Shown here: piece by piece, positions 38,671-48,710 of the stretch | How positions within the stretch are numbered: position 1 is the stretch's first letter | Layout of the letters: every line of letters begins with the position of its first letter | NCBI GenBank assembly: GCA_020632555.1 | Contig: JACKFI010000002.1 | Coordinates: 66,621 to 130,620, forward strand | Reading direction: 5' to 3' | Source: Candidatus Omnitrophota bacterium | GTDB lineage: Bacteria; Omnitrophota; Gorgyraeia; Zapsychrales; JANLHA01 | DNA length: 64,000 nucleotides | Notes under the pieces: model-generated | Databases searched by the model: none | The model's input: only the letters and a program-made list of their open reading frames with translations | Told to the model about the DNA's origin: nothing | Program-made: the position numbers and the translations under genes

Positions 38671-39801
38671 TTAATCTGCAATAAAATTAAGATAATTATC
38701 TTGATTGATCGTTTCAAAAAAAGCATCTGGATATGTTTGTTGCCATTGTTTGGGAGACTTGGCTTGAGTTTGACCCCACTTAAATTCATAGGCAAATAAT
38801 TTCCCTTCCCGCTCTTCAATCAAATCAATTTCTTGCTTCTCCCAAGTCCGCCAAAAGTAAACATTCGCGTAAAGACTTTGATACGCACGTTTTTTAAGCC
38901 GTTCCATAAAAAGAAAATTCTCCCACAACTCCCCAACATCATTACGCAGTCGCAAAGAATTAAAGTTTGAAATCACAGCATTACGAATACCGACATCATA
39001 AAAATAATATTTTCCTTTTTTGGCTATTTCTGATCGAAGATTACGGCTAAACCCCCGGACAGAATAAATAACAAATGTCTTTTCAAAAAGATCCAAGTAT
39101 CGACCAACCGTTTTATGATCAATCCCAACCTGTTGACCTAACTCAGCGAGGGACACTTCCTTCCCAATTTGAAAAGCTAACAATCGCAATAAATCCATGA
39201 TAAGCTTAGCACTTTTAACACGGTCAAATTCCAGAATATCTTTCAGTAAATAAGCCTGTGCAAGCTCCTCGAGCCAACGAATTTTCTCCGCAGAAACATC
39301 CGTTGCCACAATCTCCGGATAACCACCAAAAATCAAAGAATGTTCCAATCGATTTTTTAATTCATACGGATTATAAAGTTTTTGCAACTCCAACTGAGCC
39401 ACCGGATATAAAGTTAACGTCACCTTGCGACCTGTTAACGGTTCACCAATTTGTCCGGCTAGATCAAAAGACGAAGAACCTGTGGCAATCACTTTAAGAT
39501 TGGGAATATTATCAATCAAAAGCTTGATCGTTTGGCCGATGTTTTGGATTTTCTGCGCCTCATCGATAACGAGCAAATCATAACCTTGAGCATATTCTTT
39601 AAGCGCCGCAAGATCTTGCGAACTTAAAATTGACTGAATACTAATATTATCGCCCGTATCAAATTTGTATTTACCTTGATAAGTGGCCAAAAAGTTTTTA
39701 ACAAGAGTCGTTTTGCCCGCCTGCCGCGGACCATAAATAATTAAGGCTTTATTAGGCTTAAGATACAATGCGAGATTTTGATAAAAACGAGGAATTTGCA
39801 T
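38671..39801 (-). CDS. AAA+ ATPase, AAA_14 + DUF4143 family (copy 3)
   Basis: Walker A IYGPRQAGKTTL, Walker B LVIDEAQ. The C-terminal half parallels copy 1 (FVIYSVRGFSRNLRSEI... versus YVNYRVYSFSRNLGNEL...). Confidence 0.8.
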   Translation of the reverse strand: MQIPRFYQNLALYLKPNKALIIYGPRQAGKTTLVKNFLATYQGKYKFDTGDNISIQSILSSQDLAALKEYAQGYDLLVIDEAQKIQNIGQTIKLLIDNIPNLKVIATGSSSFDLAGQIGEPLTGRKVTLTLYPVAQLELQKLYNPYELKNRLEHSLIFGGYPEIVATDVSAEKIRWLEELAQAYLLKDILEFDRVKSAKLIMDLLRLLAFQIGKEVSLAELGQQVGIDHKTVGRYLDLFEKTFVIYSVRGFSRNLRSEIAKKGKYYFYDVGIRNAVISNFNSLRLRNDVGELWENFLFMERLKKRAYQSLYANVYFWRTWEKQEIDLIEEREGKLFAYEFKWGQTQAKSPKQWQQTYPDAFFETINQDNYLNFIAD

Positions 39802-39926
39802 GAGTAAATAATATCATAATCCCTAAAATAAGTCAATTTTGGGGAGAGGCACTCCCTGAAATTGTACGATTATAGGGAATTAAGATCCCTGAAATTGGCA
39901 AATTCTAGGAATATGCGAAAAGGAGG

Positions 39927-40373
39927 CTAGGCAATTGTAATATTCTCTCCAACTTTCAAAATCCCCTCCCGAATCACTTTGGCATACATTCCATGCCGGT
40001 TGAGCGCGTCGGTTTTTAATTGCGGTGAAATCGCGTCCATCACGTAACAAGGTTTGCGCACTTTGGAAATTTCTAAAACAACACCGCCAGACAGTTTCAG
40101 CTGCGTCCCCAAAGGCAAACTGTTGACATTCAAATTCTCGACAGTTAAATTCTCACCGGCATCTCCCGGCCCCAAAGTGTAACCAACCTCATTGAGTTCT
40201 TGCAATTTTTCAATATCCTGCAAACACACCGCTTGAATCGGCGAATTGTGTTTTTCATGATTATGCCCATCACCGACTAAACCGTTAACCGTCAACTCAA
40301 CAAAAGGTATCGGTCGTTTGGGAATGCCACCATCAGAAATATTAATCGAAACAATACGCGCAACATCTTTCAT
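39927..40373 (-). CDS. MOSC domain protein
   Basis: GLVGDGHNH...QAVCLQDIE...GDAGENLTVENL...LEISKVRKPCYVMD matches the MOSC beta-barrel with its conserved Cys. Confidence 0.75.
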   Translation of the reverse strand: MKDVARIVSINISDGGIPKRPIPFVELTVNGLVGDGHNHEKHNSPIQAVCLQDIEKLQELNEVGYTLGPGDAGENLTVENLNVNSLPLGTQLKLSGGVVLEISKVRKPCYVMDAISPQLKTDALNRHGMYAKVIREGILKVGENITIA

Positions 40374-40391
40374 TTGACTCTTTCCTAATCT

Positions 40392-41987
40392 TTAACATTG
40401 AATGCCGGAATTTTTCCGATCATAATAATACCAATTCAAAACCAAACAAATCACATAATAGACGGTAAATCCATACAGTGCGTATTCGGCATGCCCAGCC
40501 TTAATCTGCTGACCAAAAACAATAGGAATAATAAAAGCGCCGTAAGCGGCAATCGCCGAAATCCAGCCGAGAACCGGACCCGCCTGCTCTTTGGGAAAAA
40601 TATACGCGACGCTGCGAAAAGTCGAACCATTGCCGACACCCGTCGCTAAAAACAAAATCATAAACAGCGCGAAAAACGGCCACCAATACACTTCCGGCGT
40701 TCCCAACGATTTGGCTTTCACAATAAAATACGCCACCCCCAAAGCAGCCACCACCTGAGCCAACGTACTCCACGCTGTCACCTTCGACCCACTATTAATT
40801 TTATCAGCCAACCAGCCGCCGACGGGGCGAATCAAAGCGCCAACCATTGGACCAATAAAAGCCCACACCATTGGATTGGGCGCATTGGGATTAACCACGC
40901 CACCGGGCAAATATCCAAAAACATCCTGAATCAATTTCGGAAAGGACGCGCAATACCCAATATACGAACCAAAAGTCATCACGTACAAAATGGTCATCAC
41001 CCAGTTGTGATGATTCTTAAAAATCACAAATTGCCGTTGCAAGTTTTGCTTAACCGCTTGCGGCGAAAATGTGTTCATCAAAAACAAAGCGGTTAAAATC
41101 GTTACCGGTAAAACAATCCATATATTCAATTTTAAAACAGTCAACAAATAAGCCCCAATTCCAGCGGCAATCAAACCAAACAACAACAATAAAGCAATTT
41201 TGGCAAACTCCACCAAAGAATTCCCTAATTCCGGCGTCGCCGTTTTTAAATTATTCATCCCGAAAAAAGCAGCTAGCGCAGAAATCAGTAAAAACGGCAC
41301 CCACACCCAACCGGCGTTTTGAATAAATACCAGCGTCCCGACGGCCTTAGCACCATCAGCTTCCACCAAAGGCAAACCGGCACCGGCAAAACTTCCAAAT
41401 AATCCAAACGTGATCACAACCGGAATCACAAACTGCATGACACTGACACCCAAATTCCCCAAGCCCGCGTTTAAACCCAGCGCTGTTCCTTGCATACGCT
41501 TGGGAAAGAAGAACGAAATATTAGACATCGACGAAGCAAAATTACCGCCGCCAAACCCTGACAAAACCGCCAAAATCGCGAACACCGCATAAGACGTTGT
41601 TATATTTTGCAAAGCCATCCCCGCGCCAACCGCCGGAATCAACAATAATAAGGTTGAAAGAAAAATAACATTTCGTCCGCCGCCAATGGCAATCAAAAAA
41701 GAATTGGGAATACGCAGCGTCGCCCCCGCCAAACCGGCAATCGCCGGCAAAGTCCATAATAATTCATTATAAATTTTTAGATCTTCCGGCGACTGATGCG
41801 GCACCCCGAGAGTAAATCCCAGCTTTTTCATCTGTACGATAATCATGCCCCACATAATCCAAATCGAGAAGGATTGCAAAAGCGATGATATTGATATCCA
41901 CAGATTGCGAAAAGCCACACCTTTACCGCTCTGATCCCAGAACTTCATGTCTTCAACATTCCAGCTTTGAATATTAATCTGTGTCAT
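40392..41987 (-). CDS. narK: MFS nitrate/nitrite transporter (NarK/NNP family, long form)
   Basis: N-terminal WNVEDMKFWDQSGKGVAFRNLWISISSLL, and two NNP-type glycine/asparagine signatures (GFGGGNFASS and ATGVGNGSTF). Confidence 0.8.
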   Translation of the reverse strand: MTQINIQSWNVEDMKFWDQSGKGVAFRNLWISISSLLQSFSIWIMWGMIIVQMKKLGFTLGVPHQSPEDLKIYNELLWTLPAIAGLAGATLRIPNSFLIAIGGGRNVIFLSTLLLLIPAVGAGMALQNITTSYAVFAILAVLSGFGGGNFASSMSNISFFFPKRMQGTALGLNAGLGNLGVSVMQFVIPVVITFGLFGSFAGAGLPLVEADGAKAVGTLVFIQNAGWVWVPFLLISALAAFFGMNNLKTATPELGNSLVEFAKIALLLLFGLIAAGIGAYLLTVLKLNIWIVLPVTILTALFLMNTFSPQAVKQNLQRQFVIFKNHHNWVMTILYVMTFGSYIGYCASFPKLIQDVFGYLPGGVVNPNAPNPMVWAFIGPMVGALIRPVGGWLADKINSGSKVTAWSTLAQVVAALGVAYFIVKAKSLGTPEVYWWPFFALFMILFLATGVGNGSTFRSVAYIFPKEQAGPVLGWISAIAAYGAFIIPIVFGQQIKAGHAEYALYGFTVYYVICLVLNWYYYDRKNSGIQC

Positions 41988-42024
41988 TTTTGGTCCTTAA
42001 TCTTAAGTGTTTTTTAAATTTAAC

Positions 42025-43512
42025 TCAGTGATCAATCAGCTGAGCTGACTCTGGATGTTTGGCTCGCATCATGTGAACAATCACAGTATGCATCCACCAT
42101 AAACATCCCGCCGATAAAACAAACATCAACATCCAACAGCTGGTCCACAAGCCGGTGCCTTTGAGCAAATACCCAAAAAGAATCGGACAAACAAAACCGC
42201 CCAAGCCGCCTAAAACCCCGACCATACCGCCAACTACGCCCACTTCTTCCGGAAAATAATCCGCGATATGTTTGTACACCGCGGCTTTCCCGATGCCCCA
42301 GACCGCGCCCAACACAAAAACTAAAAACGCGAAAATCCAAACATTCGCCTGAAAGAAAATACGTGTGACCCCTTTAGCTAATAATTCTTTTTGCCCAACT
42401 TTTTGTCCGACTTTGACCACTGGTTCCTGCCAAATTTCTTTCGACGGAAACACTAAAAGTTTTTCATCAAAGTTTTTGAGCTGCGCGCTTTTTTCAATCA
42501 AAATGTATGATTTATTGCCCACCACAATGCTATGCGCGTCCACCGCGGTCACAATACCCGGCTTTTGCGCCATAATGCCTTGCCCGGGAGAATAAATATC
42601 CATCTTGGGAATAATCAACATAAAGCTGACCACCACCGATAAACCCAAAACCCAATACATCACTTTGCGCGCGCCCCAATGGTCCGACATCCATCCGCCG
42701 ACGGCACGAATCACGCCCGACGGAAAACTAAAGCAAGACGCCAAAATCCCGGCGGTAACCAAAGGCATATAATACGCGCTGACGAAATACGGCACCAACC
42801 ATTGTGAAAAAGCGACAAAACAACCGAACACCAGAAAATAATACAAACCCAAACGCCACACGCGAATATCTTCTAAAGGCCGCAGCATAGCACCCCAACT
42901 TTTGCCGCTGGACAAAGGTTTTTTATTAACCGAGAAAATAAACATAATCGCGCCCATGACCACCAACATCGCCGCGTAATACTTAGGCAACATTCGCCAA
43001 CCTTGCGGATACGCCCCGTGAGCCGTAAACATATTTAAAAGTTTTGGCGCGCACAATGTGGTCAAAGCGGCGCCCGCATTGCCAGCTCCAAAAATCCCCA
43101 AAGCTGTACCCTGAAATTTTTTCGGATACCACACCGATGAGAATGCAATGCCGATGGAAAAACTCACCCCCACTAATCCAAAACCAAAACTGCACAAAGC
43201 AAATTCAAAGAAATTGTTGGCCCTCGACAAAAAATACATTGGAATCGCGCACAATATTAACAAAGTTCCAAAAACCGGCTTGCCGCCGAATTTATCGGTC
43301 AGCATGCCAGCAGGCAAACGAAACACAGAACCAGTCAAAACCGGAATGCCCAACAACCAACCAATCTCGACAGGTCCCCAATCAAAAATTTGATTGGTTG
43401 CTAAAAACGTCACCAAGACACCATTAAGCATCCACGCCGCAAAACAAATGGTGAAGGCTAAAGTATTAAGGAAGAGAACTCGATGAGAAGCTGCCGTCGC
43501 TTGTTCTTGCAT
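42025..43512 (-). CDS. narK: MFS nitrate/nitrite transporter (NarK/NNP family) with a ~90-aa soluble insertion
   Basis: FRLPAGMLTDKFGGKP, GIFGAGNAGAALT, GVLGGLGGFVCP. The inserted hydrophilic segment is PGQGIMAQKPGIVTAVDAHSIVVGNKSYILIEK... Confidence 0.75.
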   Translation of the reverse strand: MQEQATAASHRVLFLNTLAFTICFAAWMLNGVLVTFLATNQIFDWGPVEIGWLLGIPVLTGSVFRLPAGMLTDKFGGKPVFGTLLILCAIPMYFLSRANNFFEFALCSFGFGLVGVSFSIGIAFSSVWYPKKFQGTALGIFGAGNAGAALTTLCAPKLLNMFTAHGAYPQGWRMLPKYYAAMLVVMGAIMFIFSVNKKPLSSGKSWGAMLRPLEDIRVWRLGLYYFLVFGCFVAFSQWLVPYFVSAYYMPLVTAGILASCFSFPSGVIRAVGGWMSDHWGARKVMYWVLGLSVVVSFMLIIPKMDIYSPGQGIMAQKPGIVTAVDAHSIVVGNKSYILIEKSAQLKNFDEKLLVFPSKEIWQEPVVKVGQKVGQKELLAKGVTRIFFQANVWIFAFLVFVLGAVWGIGKAAVYKHIADYFPEEVGVVGGMVGVLGGLGGFVCPILFGYLLKGTGLWTSCWMLMFVLSAGCLWWMHTVIVHMMRAKHPESAQLIDH

Positions 43513-43534
43513 AAAAAATCCTGAAAATGATTAG

Positions 43535-43807
43535 TTAAGAAGTTTTGTTTTGGTAAGTCTCGCTGCGGCCATCCGCGGCACCTTTTAAAAATTTTATTTT
43601 TGTCAGATAAACACTTACGCCGCACGCTAATAAAGCCGCGGCACTTAAAATCACGCTGGGCAGCAAATGGTCATATTCTTTTTCAAAATACATTTCCAGC
43701 GCCGAGATTAAGACCCAAATCTGCAAAAACACCGCGCCCAAACTGATCACTAAAGCCACCCCCTCGACCATATTGACAAATTCTTCCTTTTTATTCGAAA
43801 ATCTCAT
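43535..43807 (-). CDS. Small 2-TM membrane protein, function unknown
   Basis: 90 aa with two hydrophobic helices. The ATGA overlap with the upstream Rieske gene suggests translational coupling. Confidence 0.5.
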   Translation of the reverse strand: MRFSNKKEEFVNMVEGVALVISLGAVFLQIWVLISALEMYFEKEYDHLLPSVILSAAALLACGVSVYLTKIKFLKGAADGRSETYQNKTS

Positions 43808-44343
43808 ACCAAATCTCCTCGTTCCATACCAACAAAATAAACTCCGTCGGATCGCAGCTCAATTTTTAATTTGGGCAAAGCGCGTTCCGGCGGCCCGTAC
43901 AAAACATTGCCTGTGGTGCCATCAAAAGCACCTTTGTGACAGGGACAAAAAAGGATTTTTTCTGTTTTCTTCCAAATCACCGGACATTGCAAATGTGTAC
44001 ACTTTTGCCCAAACGCAACAAACTCTTCTGGTCCCAAACGCAGCAAAATCGCCGGCTCGCGAAGATGCGGAATTTCAAAAACATAGGCTTCGCCAATTTG
44101 CAAGTCTTCCTGATCAACAATTTTCATTGGTGCGTAATGATGTATCTGCTGAGATTTAACCCACGATTTAACCCACACGCCAGCTGTTCCCGCAAAAAAA
44201 CCCAGAGACACCAAACTCAAATAACGAATAAAATCCCGGCGAGAAACATGAGTATCCCGATTCTGATCCAGCGGAAAATCTTCCGCCCACTTGGGAACTT
44301 GCCGATATTGATCCTTTAATCGTTTTTCAATCGGATCTGTCAT
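43804..44343 (-). CDS. Rieske [2Fe-2S] protein with Tat-like/TM N-terminus
   Basis: CTHLQCPV...CPCHKGAF Rieske boxes. N-terminal SRRDFIRYLSLVSLGFFAGTAG resembles a twin-arginine signal or anchor. Confidence 0.85.
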   Translation of the reverse strand: MTDPIEKRLKDQYRQVPKWAEDFPLDQNRDTHVSRRDFIRYLSLVSLGFFAGTAGVWVKSWVKSQQIHHYAPMKIVDQEDLQIGEAYVFEIPHLREPAILLRLGPEEFVAFGQKCTHLQCPVIWKKTEKILFCPCHKGAFDGTTGNVLYGPPERALPKLKIELRSDGVYFVGMERGDLV

Positions 44344-44435
44344 AACCTGTCCTTTTCTTTAAATCCGTACTGTCAAAAGTCTTTCTTCACTGTGTCGCTA
44401 CCAACCCTGTCATCCCTAAATTCTTTGCCAACCCT

Positions 44436-44590
44436 ATCATCCCCGAGTAGCTTCTATCGGGGATCCATTCATAGTGTCTTTGCGAACCCCGTAGGGGCGC
44501 GACAATCTTGTTGATCTGAGATTGCTTCACTTCGTTCGCAATGACACGACAGGTATGTCTTTATCAATAAATAGGAGCTGTCCCACCTTT
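44436..44590. repeat. Composite palindromic repeat, copy A (short hairpin + ~70-nt long palindrome + conserved tail)
   Basis: atccccga-gtagcttcta-tcggggat hairpin, then gtctttgcgaac...gttcgcaatgac long imperfect palindrome, then ...aataaataggagctgtcccacc. About 97% identical to copy B at a 162-bp period. Confidence 0.9.
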
Positions 44591-44597
44591 CTACTCT

Positions 44598-44752
44598 GTC
44601 ATCCCCGAGTAGCTTCTGTCGGGGATCCATTCAGAGTGTCTTTGCGAGCCCCGTAGGGGCGCGGCAATCTTGTTGATCTGAGATTGCTTCACTTCGTTCG
44701 CAATGACACGACAGGTATGTCTTTATCAATAAATAGGAGCTGTCCCACCTTT
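44598..44752. repeat. Composite palindromic repeat, copy B
   Basis: Same structure as copy A, with about 4 mismatches by eye. It ends at the stop codon of the 4Fe-4S subunit gene. Confidence 0.9.
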
Positions 44753-45363
44753 TAAATCACCCACGGTTGGCTGTCTTCAATGGTGGTGCTGATAAAATTC
44801 ACAATATCCATCTCCACCGGTTTTTGCTCAGTATCCACCATCAAGTGAACCTTGGTTCTAATGGTTTGACGGCCAAAAATAAAATGATTATTCGCTTTAT
44901 TCTTGCGTTGGGATTCAATCACCGACTTGGGCCCAAAAAAAATCGCTTCCGATGGACAAACGGTGGCGCACATCGGTTTTAAGCCAATGGCCGTCCGGTC
45001 ATAACACATATCGCATTTATTCATTTGCGCGCGCTCTGGATAAATTTTGGGAACACCAAACGGACAGGCAATTTGACAATTTGAACAACCGATACACCGC
45101 GGCTTTAACGACGATTGCACCACGCCATCATCGGTGCGTTTGATCGCATCTGCCGGACATACCGCGGCACACGCCGGATCATCACAATGCATGCACAAGG
45201 TCGGTCCGGTCTTAACGGAATCCGGGCGATTCAAAGGTTCCAAATGAATCATCGCCACCCCCCGATGAGTGCCGCATTCAGCGCACGCCGCTTCGCAGGC
45301 GCGACAACCAATGCAGCGCTGTGGGTCAATAAATAAATCGTTTTCTTCCAACCATGTGCTCAT
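44752..45363 (-). CDS. 4Fe-4S ferredoxin-type subunit (four-cluster, DmsB/NarH-lite type)
   Basis: Four Cys groups: [39 protein letters not shown] and CDMCYDR...[13 protein letters not shown] overlap with the upstream catalytic-subunit gene. Confidence 0.85.
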   Translation of the reverse strand: MSTWLEENDLFIDPQRCIGCRACEAACAECGTHRGVAMIHLEPLNRPDSVKTGPTLCMHCDDPACAAVCPADAIKRTDDGVVQSSLKPRCIGCSNCQIACPFGVPKIYPERAQMNKCDMCYDRTAIGLKPMCATVCPSEAIFFGPKSVIESQRKNKANNHFIFGRQTIRTKVHLMVDTEQKPVEMDIVNFISTTIEDSQPWVI

Positions 45364-47549
45364 AAATTCTTCTCGACTACCTTTTCAATTCGTACCGCGC
45401 TCATTTTGAATTCCGGAATTTTTGAAACCGGATCCAACGCCCGCTGTGTCAGACGATTAATGGATTGTTTGCCCGCCCAATGATAAGGAACAAAAACCGT
45501 GTCAGGCCGAATGGTCTTGACCACCCGCGCTTTAAGCTGTACAGAATCTCGACGCGACGTGATCTTAACCAAATCGCCTTCGGCAATGCCATATTTCTCG
45601 GCCAAAAGCGGATGAATTTCCAGATACGGTTTAGGACATTGATCATTTAAAAACCCAATACGGCGGGTTTGTGTGCCCGAAAGATAATGATAAATCACCC
45701 GCCCGGTTGTTAAATAAATGGGATACTCTTCATTAATCGCATCCGCTGAAGGTTTATACGTAACCACATTAAAACGCGCCTTCCCGTCGGGATAATAAAA
45801 CTTCCCGCCTTCAAACAAACGTGGTGTTCCCGGATGCCCAATCTCAGGGCACGGCCAAAACACACCCATTTCTTTTTCAATACGGTCATAGGTGATACCA
45901 TAATAATCCGCGGTTCCACCCTTGGAAGCCACGCGCAATTCTTCAAACATCGATTCGGAATCCTTAAAATCAAAATATTTTTCTTTGCCCAACCGTCGGG
46001 CGATCTCCAAAAGAATTTCCCAATCAACTTTCGCTTCTGCTGGAGGATTAACAGACTTTTGCAGCCGAATCACCCGCCCCTCAGCGGAGGTGGACGTTCC
46101 CTCATCTTCTTCATGCAAAGAACCGGGCAAAATCACATCCGCGTAACGGGCTGTCTCGCTCATAAAAAAATCAATATTGGCGTAAAACTCTAACTTTTCT
46201 AAAGCCTCGCGGGTAAAACCACTATCCGGCAAACTGACCAGCGGATTAAAACAAATGCTCAACAACCCCCTGATTTTGCCGGCGTGAATTTCATTCATAA
46301 TTTCCTGCGCGGACAATCCTTTGCCGGGCAAATCTTTCTCGTCGATGCCCCAAACTTTTGAAATATACTGACGATGCTCGGGATTGGTGATGTCGCGGTT
46401 GCCGGGCAGTTGATCGCATTTGTGCCCGTGCTCACGGCCGCCCTGCCCATTGCCCTGACCGGTGATGGTCGCGTAACCACAGCCGACTTTGCCGATTCTT
46501 CCCGTCGCTAAAACCATATTGATGCACGAAAGCACATTATCCACACCCTTGGTGTGATGTTCAATCCCGCGAGCATGAAGAAGAAAACTCCGCTTGGCCT
46601 TGCCCCACCACAGCGCGGCGGTCTTAATGCTTTGCGCCGGAACTCCGGTCACCTTCTCACATTCATCGACGGTATAACCTGCCACCGTTTTTTTGACTTC
46701 TTCAAAACCGACCGTATGCGCATCAATAAACGCTTGGTCAATATCACCTGCCTGAATCATCAAATTTAAAAGAGTATTAAACAAAAAGGAATCTGTTCCC
46801 GGGCGAACCGGTAAAATCAAATCCGCGGTACGCGCAATAGGGGTGATACGCGGATCCACCACAATCAATTTGGCTCCACGAGTATCCCGAGCCTTCCAAA
46901 TGTAATCGGTGGTGATGGGCGCGCATTCGCTAACATTGGTGCCGGCGCATAAAATCACATCAGTTTCCAAAATATCCGCCCACGAATTGGCGGCACGATC
47001 AATGCCAAACGCTTTTTTATTGCCCGCGCCCGCCGAGACCATACACAGCCGGCCGTTATAATCCAAGTTCGCGGTTTGAAGAGCAACTCGAGCAAATTTC
47101 CCGACCAGATAAGACTTTTCATTGGACAACGAGACGCCAGACAACATCGCGAAACTGTCTTTGCCGTATTGGCTTTGAATACGCTCAATCTCGGAGGTAA
47201 CCCGACTATAAGCCGCCTCCCACGAAACCGGTTCATAACCTTTGCCACGGCGATTTTCCAACGGATGCAACAGCCGGTCAGGATGACTGCCCTGCATGTA
47301 ACGTTTAACTCCTTTGGGACACAGCTTGCCTTTATTAAAGGGAAAGGCTTCCCACGGGTCAAAACCAATAATGGCATTGTCTTTGACTTTTAAAATAATG
47401 CCGCATTGCTGACCGCAAAAACAACAATGAGTTTTGACCCGACGATCCGGCTGACTGTCGGTTTGATCCCAGCCGCCGGGGGGAACATGCTTGGAATGCG
47501 GACCAAATTGTTCAATAATCAATTCTTCCGAGATCGGTAATTTTGCCAT
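45360..47549 (-). CDS. Molybdopterin oxidoreductase catalytic subunit (729 aa, Nas/Nap/Fdh-size class); probable nitrate reductase by context
   Basis: N-terminal FeS motif [10 protein letters not shown]...x27...CPKG, and C-terminal [39 protein letters not shown]. It has no Tat signal of its own. Confidence 0.75.
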   Translation of the reverse strand: MAKLPISEELIIEQFGPHSKHVPPGGWDQTDSQPDRRVKTHCCFCGQQCGIILKVKDNAIIGFDPWEAFPFNKGKLCPKGVKRYMQGSHPDRLLHPLENRRGKGYEPVSWEAAYSRVTSEIERIQSQYGKDSFAMLSGVSLSNEKSYLVGKFARVALQTANLDYNGRLCMVSAGAGNKKAFGIDRAANSWADILETDVILCAGTNVSECAPITTDYIWKARDTRGAKLIVVDPRITPIARTADLILPVRPGTDSFLFNTLLNLMIQAGDIDQAFIDAHTVGFEEVKKTVAGYTVDECEKVTGVPAQSIKTAALWWGKAKRSFLLHARGIEHHTKGVDNVLSCINMVLATGRIGKVGCGYATITGQGNGQGGREHGHKCDQLPGNRDITNPEHRQYISKVWGIDEKDLPGKGLSAQEIMNEIHAGKIRGLLSICFNPLVSLPDSGFTREALEKLEFYANIDFFMSETARYADVILPGSLHEEDEGTSTSAEGRVIRLQKSVNPPAEAKVDWEILLEIARRLGKEKYFDFKDSESMFEELRVASKGGTADYYGITYDRIEKEMGVFWPCPEIGHPGTPRLFEGGKFYYPDGKARFNVVTYKPSADAINEEYPIYLTTGRVIYHYLSGTQTRRIGFLNDQCPKPYLEIHPLLAEKYGIAEGDLVKITSRRDSVQLKARVVKTIRPDTVFVPYHWAGKQSINRLTQRALDPVSKIPEFKMSAVRIEKVVEKNL

Positions 47550-47566
47550 AAAACTCCTTGCGCGGC

Positions 47567-48619
47567 TTATTGGCCGCTGATATCAAATTTTCCCTTTAAA
47601 CGCTGGTGTTGCGTGGTCATCAAAAGTTGTCGTCGAGCTGCTGGACTTAGATCTTGGACGGAAATCTTTTGATCATCTGGTTCAAATTGAAAACCCAATT
47701 CCCGCAAAATCGTTTTCACATCACCTTTCTGAACTTGACTAGTAAAACCTTCACCTGTCTTCGGACAAATGGCTAATGAGCCTTCTTGCTTTTCCTTAAT
47801 ATACAGTTGGGCGCCCATTTGCGAAGCTCGTTGAAAAATATGAAAGAATTTTCCAAACGGCAAATACACCAAGAAGGAAACAACTGTCCAACAATGCACC
47901 GTCGATAAAATCCGATAATGCTGGCCGCCCAAATAATGCGTGCTAAAGGTCAAACACAAACCCGAAAGGGCCACCGCCATCAGAATCAACAACGGCAGAA
48001 TATCATTAGCAAATGTTTGTGTGGTCATTTCTCCCGGGTGAATCAAGCGCCGCGCGAAAGCCATGCTGCAGCCGACGATAATCATCACAGAACAGAAATT
48101 TAGCGAATTAAAAAACAGATAGCCAATAAAACCGTAAGGATCAAAAATCATGGTGGCAAAGCCAAAGACGTGCAATTGATACATATACGCATCGCCTGTC
48201 GGATGAGCAAAATGCAACCAGCCAAAAACCAATGGGAAGGTGATCGCAAAACCCATCACGCAGCCCCATGCCAAAAGAAAATGCATCACCCAGCGATAGG
48301 CACTGCGCCGGCCAATGAATTTTTGTAAAACCATATTTTCAAAAACCGCCTTAAAAACTAAAGCCGTATTTGCAAAAAAGTTTTTATTAAACACCAAGGC
48401 TAAACTGCGCTGCCACAAGACGCGCGTCGGCGGGCGGGACAACCAAACGGAGTAACGATACACACTGCCAAAAACCGCGAACACAGTCGCAATTAAGTAG
48501 GGAACCAAGGCGGCATCAAAATAAATCAATTTACGGGAACCCAAAACCACCAAGGCTGACAAAATCGCTACGCCCAAAAGGCCCCGTAAGATTCCAGCTG
48601 GATATAATCGCATTAACAC
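47567..48619 (-). CDS. NarI/HdrE/DsrM-like membrane subunit (putative dihaem b) with a soluble C-terminal extension
   Basis: About 6 TM segments, conserved His residues in the helices, and [13 protein letters not shown] (the PFxKxxH motif of the nitrate-reductase-gamma family). GTG start lies 9 nt after AGGAGA. Confidence 0.6.
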   Translation of the reverse strand: MLMRLYPAGILRGLLGVAILSALVVLGSRKLIYFDAALVPYLIATVFAVFGSVYRYSVWLSRPPTRVLWQRSLALVFNKNFFANTALVFKAVFENMVLQKFIGRRSAYRWVMHFLLAWGCVMGFAITFPLVFGWLHFAHPTGDAYMYQLHVFGFATMIFDPYGFIGYLFFNSLNFCSVMIIVGCSMAFARRLIHPGEMTTQTFANDILPLLILMAVALSGLCLTFSTHYLGGQHYRILSTVHCWTVVSFLVYLPFGKFFHIFQRASQMGAQLYIKEKQEGSLAICPKTGEGFTSQVQKGDVKTILRELGFQFEPDDQKISVQDLSPAARRQLLMTTQHQRLKGKFDISGQ

Positions 48620-48710
48620 GAAATCATTTCTCCTAAAAAAGTATGAGTTAATTATCTCACAGAATTTTTTTCATTAAAGTGAAAAAGCTTTTCTTATAAA
48701 ACACATCCCT

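Noticed and set aside
38024-43427. Multiple 60-130-aa off-frame ORFs in the NnrS/NarK genes (e.g. 38024..38332, 40501..40773, 42032..42340, 43044..43427)
   Set aside because: They are Arg/Gly/Cys-rich translations typical of alternative frames of relatively GC-rich membrane-protein genes. All are fully nested in better-supported genes.
45449-47393. Nested ORFs on both strands within the molybdopterin subunit gene (e.g. 45710..46027, 45834..46193, 46955..47377)
   Set aside because: They are nested in a 729-aa ORF with end-to-end molybdopterin-oxidoreductase motifs and have no independent signals.
48620-48710. Possible Moco riboswitch or FNR box upstream of the molybdoenzyme operon
   Set aside because: The leader is ~90 nt and AT-rich. 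It lacks the conserved Moco-RNA helices and has no TTGAT-N4-ATCAA match, so I see no support.
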